Positions 63,401-64,000 of a DNA stretch of 64,000 nucleotides are shown here, in pieces. This DNA is from Phoronis australis (lineage: Eukaryota; Animalia; Phoronida). A program made the translations under genes and the position numbers. Each line of letters opens with the position of its first letter. Position 1 is the stretch's first letter. The notes under the pieces are model-generated. The model was not told the DNA's origin. It did no database searches and was given only the letters and a program-made list of their open reading frames with translations. Where the stretch lies: contig NMRA01000527.1 in NCBI GenBank assembly GCA_002633005.1, positions 238,712 to 302,711 on the forward strand, given 5' to 3'.

Positions 63401-64000
63401 AAACTAAATCCAACTACTCACCCTTTCCTATCTAGTCTTAATTGCAGCACATCACCAGTATCCACTATATGCCTCAGAGTACTCACGCTCACTTTAACAC
63501 CAATTGGTGCTTGTATTATGAGAAGTTTATAAGGTTGGAGTTCCTGTAAAGAAAACAAACGATTCATATCTCCGGACATTCAGAAATGTAGACAAACAAA
63601 TATCATGTACAGCAGTGATGCCTGGTTTTACAAGAAATTGCAATGAGTATAGCTTATAGCATAACAAATTTGTAGAAACAAGCAGCCACGGGTTAACGAA
63701 GCATTACAAGCAAGCACATCCAAAGTGACCTACTTTATTGTAAGACAGCTCCTCCTGAACAATAGCTATGCTCTCTGAGCTGGGGAATCCTGACCCAGTT
63801 TTTATTGTGGTGTCTTCCAAGTGCACAACTCGACTGTTTCCACTATCTGTTGTAAGGTACTGTCCTTGGAAGAATGGTGACGGCCGTAATATGTGGTTTT
63901 CTGCAATTAACGATCAGTGACAGTGATGCACGCAGAGTTGCACCAATGCTTTTTCAAGAGAAACCTAACGAATTCATACGCTGGGAACTGTAAATGACAA

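Overview
Intron-rich eukaryotic (metazoan, invertebrate-looking) genomic DNA, not prokaryotic; the species cannot be fixed from the sequence. Four protein-coding genes can be spliced by hand with consistent phases, in a minus/plus/minus/plus arrangement. (1) TONSL/tonsoku-like, minus strand, 23 supported coding exons at 7942-33812 plus a tentative 10-nt first exon at 34855-34864; one intron is GC-AG. (2) BBS10 chaperonin-like, plus strand, a single coding exon at 37258-39105. (3) An uncharacterised DUF4807/F58A4.6-like gene, minus strand, 40096-45809, whose second coding exon occurs twice across a scaffold 'n'. (4) CENPJ/CPAP/SAS-4, plus strand, from 48269 and running off the right end. TONSL/BBS10 and DUF4807/CENPJ each appear to share a short divergent promoter. 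The introns hold non-autonomous DNA transposons (Tc1/mariner-pogo type, PIF/Harbinger, hAT-like, a Kolobok deletion derivative retaining THAP and KolX-like starts, a Helitron 3' end), tRNA-derived SINE relics, an inverted pair of Penelope-like hammerhead motifs, and several minisatellites. Single 'n' gaps lie at 16630, 42911 and 61095. I found no convincing wholly new biological system. The best leads are the duplicated exon, the Kolobok relic, the hammerhead-like hairpin, a 3'UTR repeat born from a stop-codon region, and a stop-start uORF in CENPJ. All gene and family names come from recalled motifs, not database searches.
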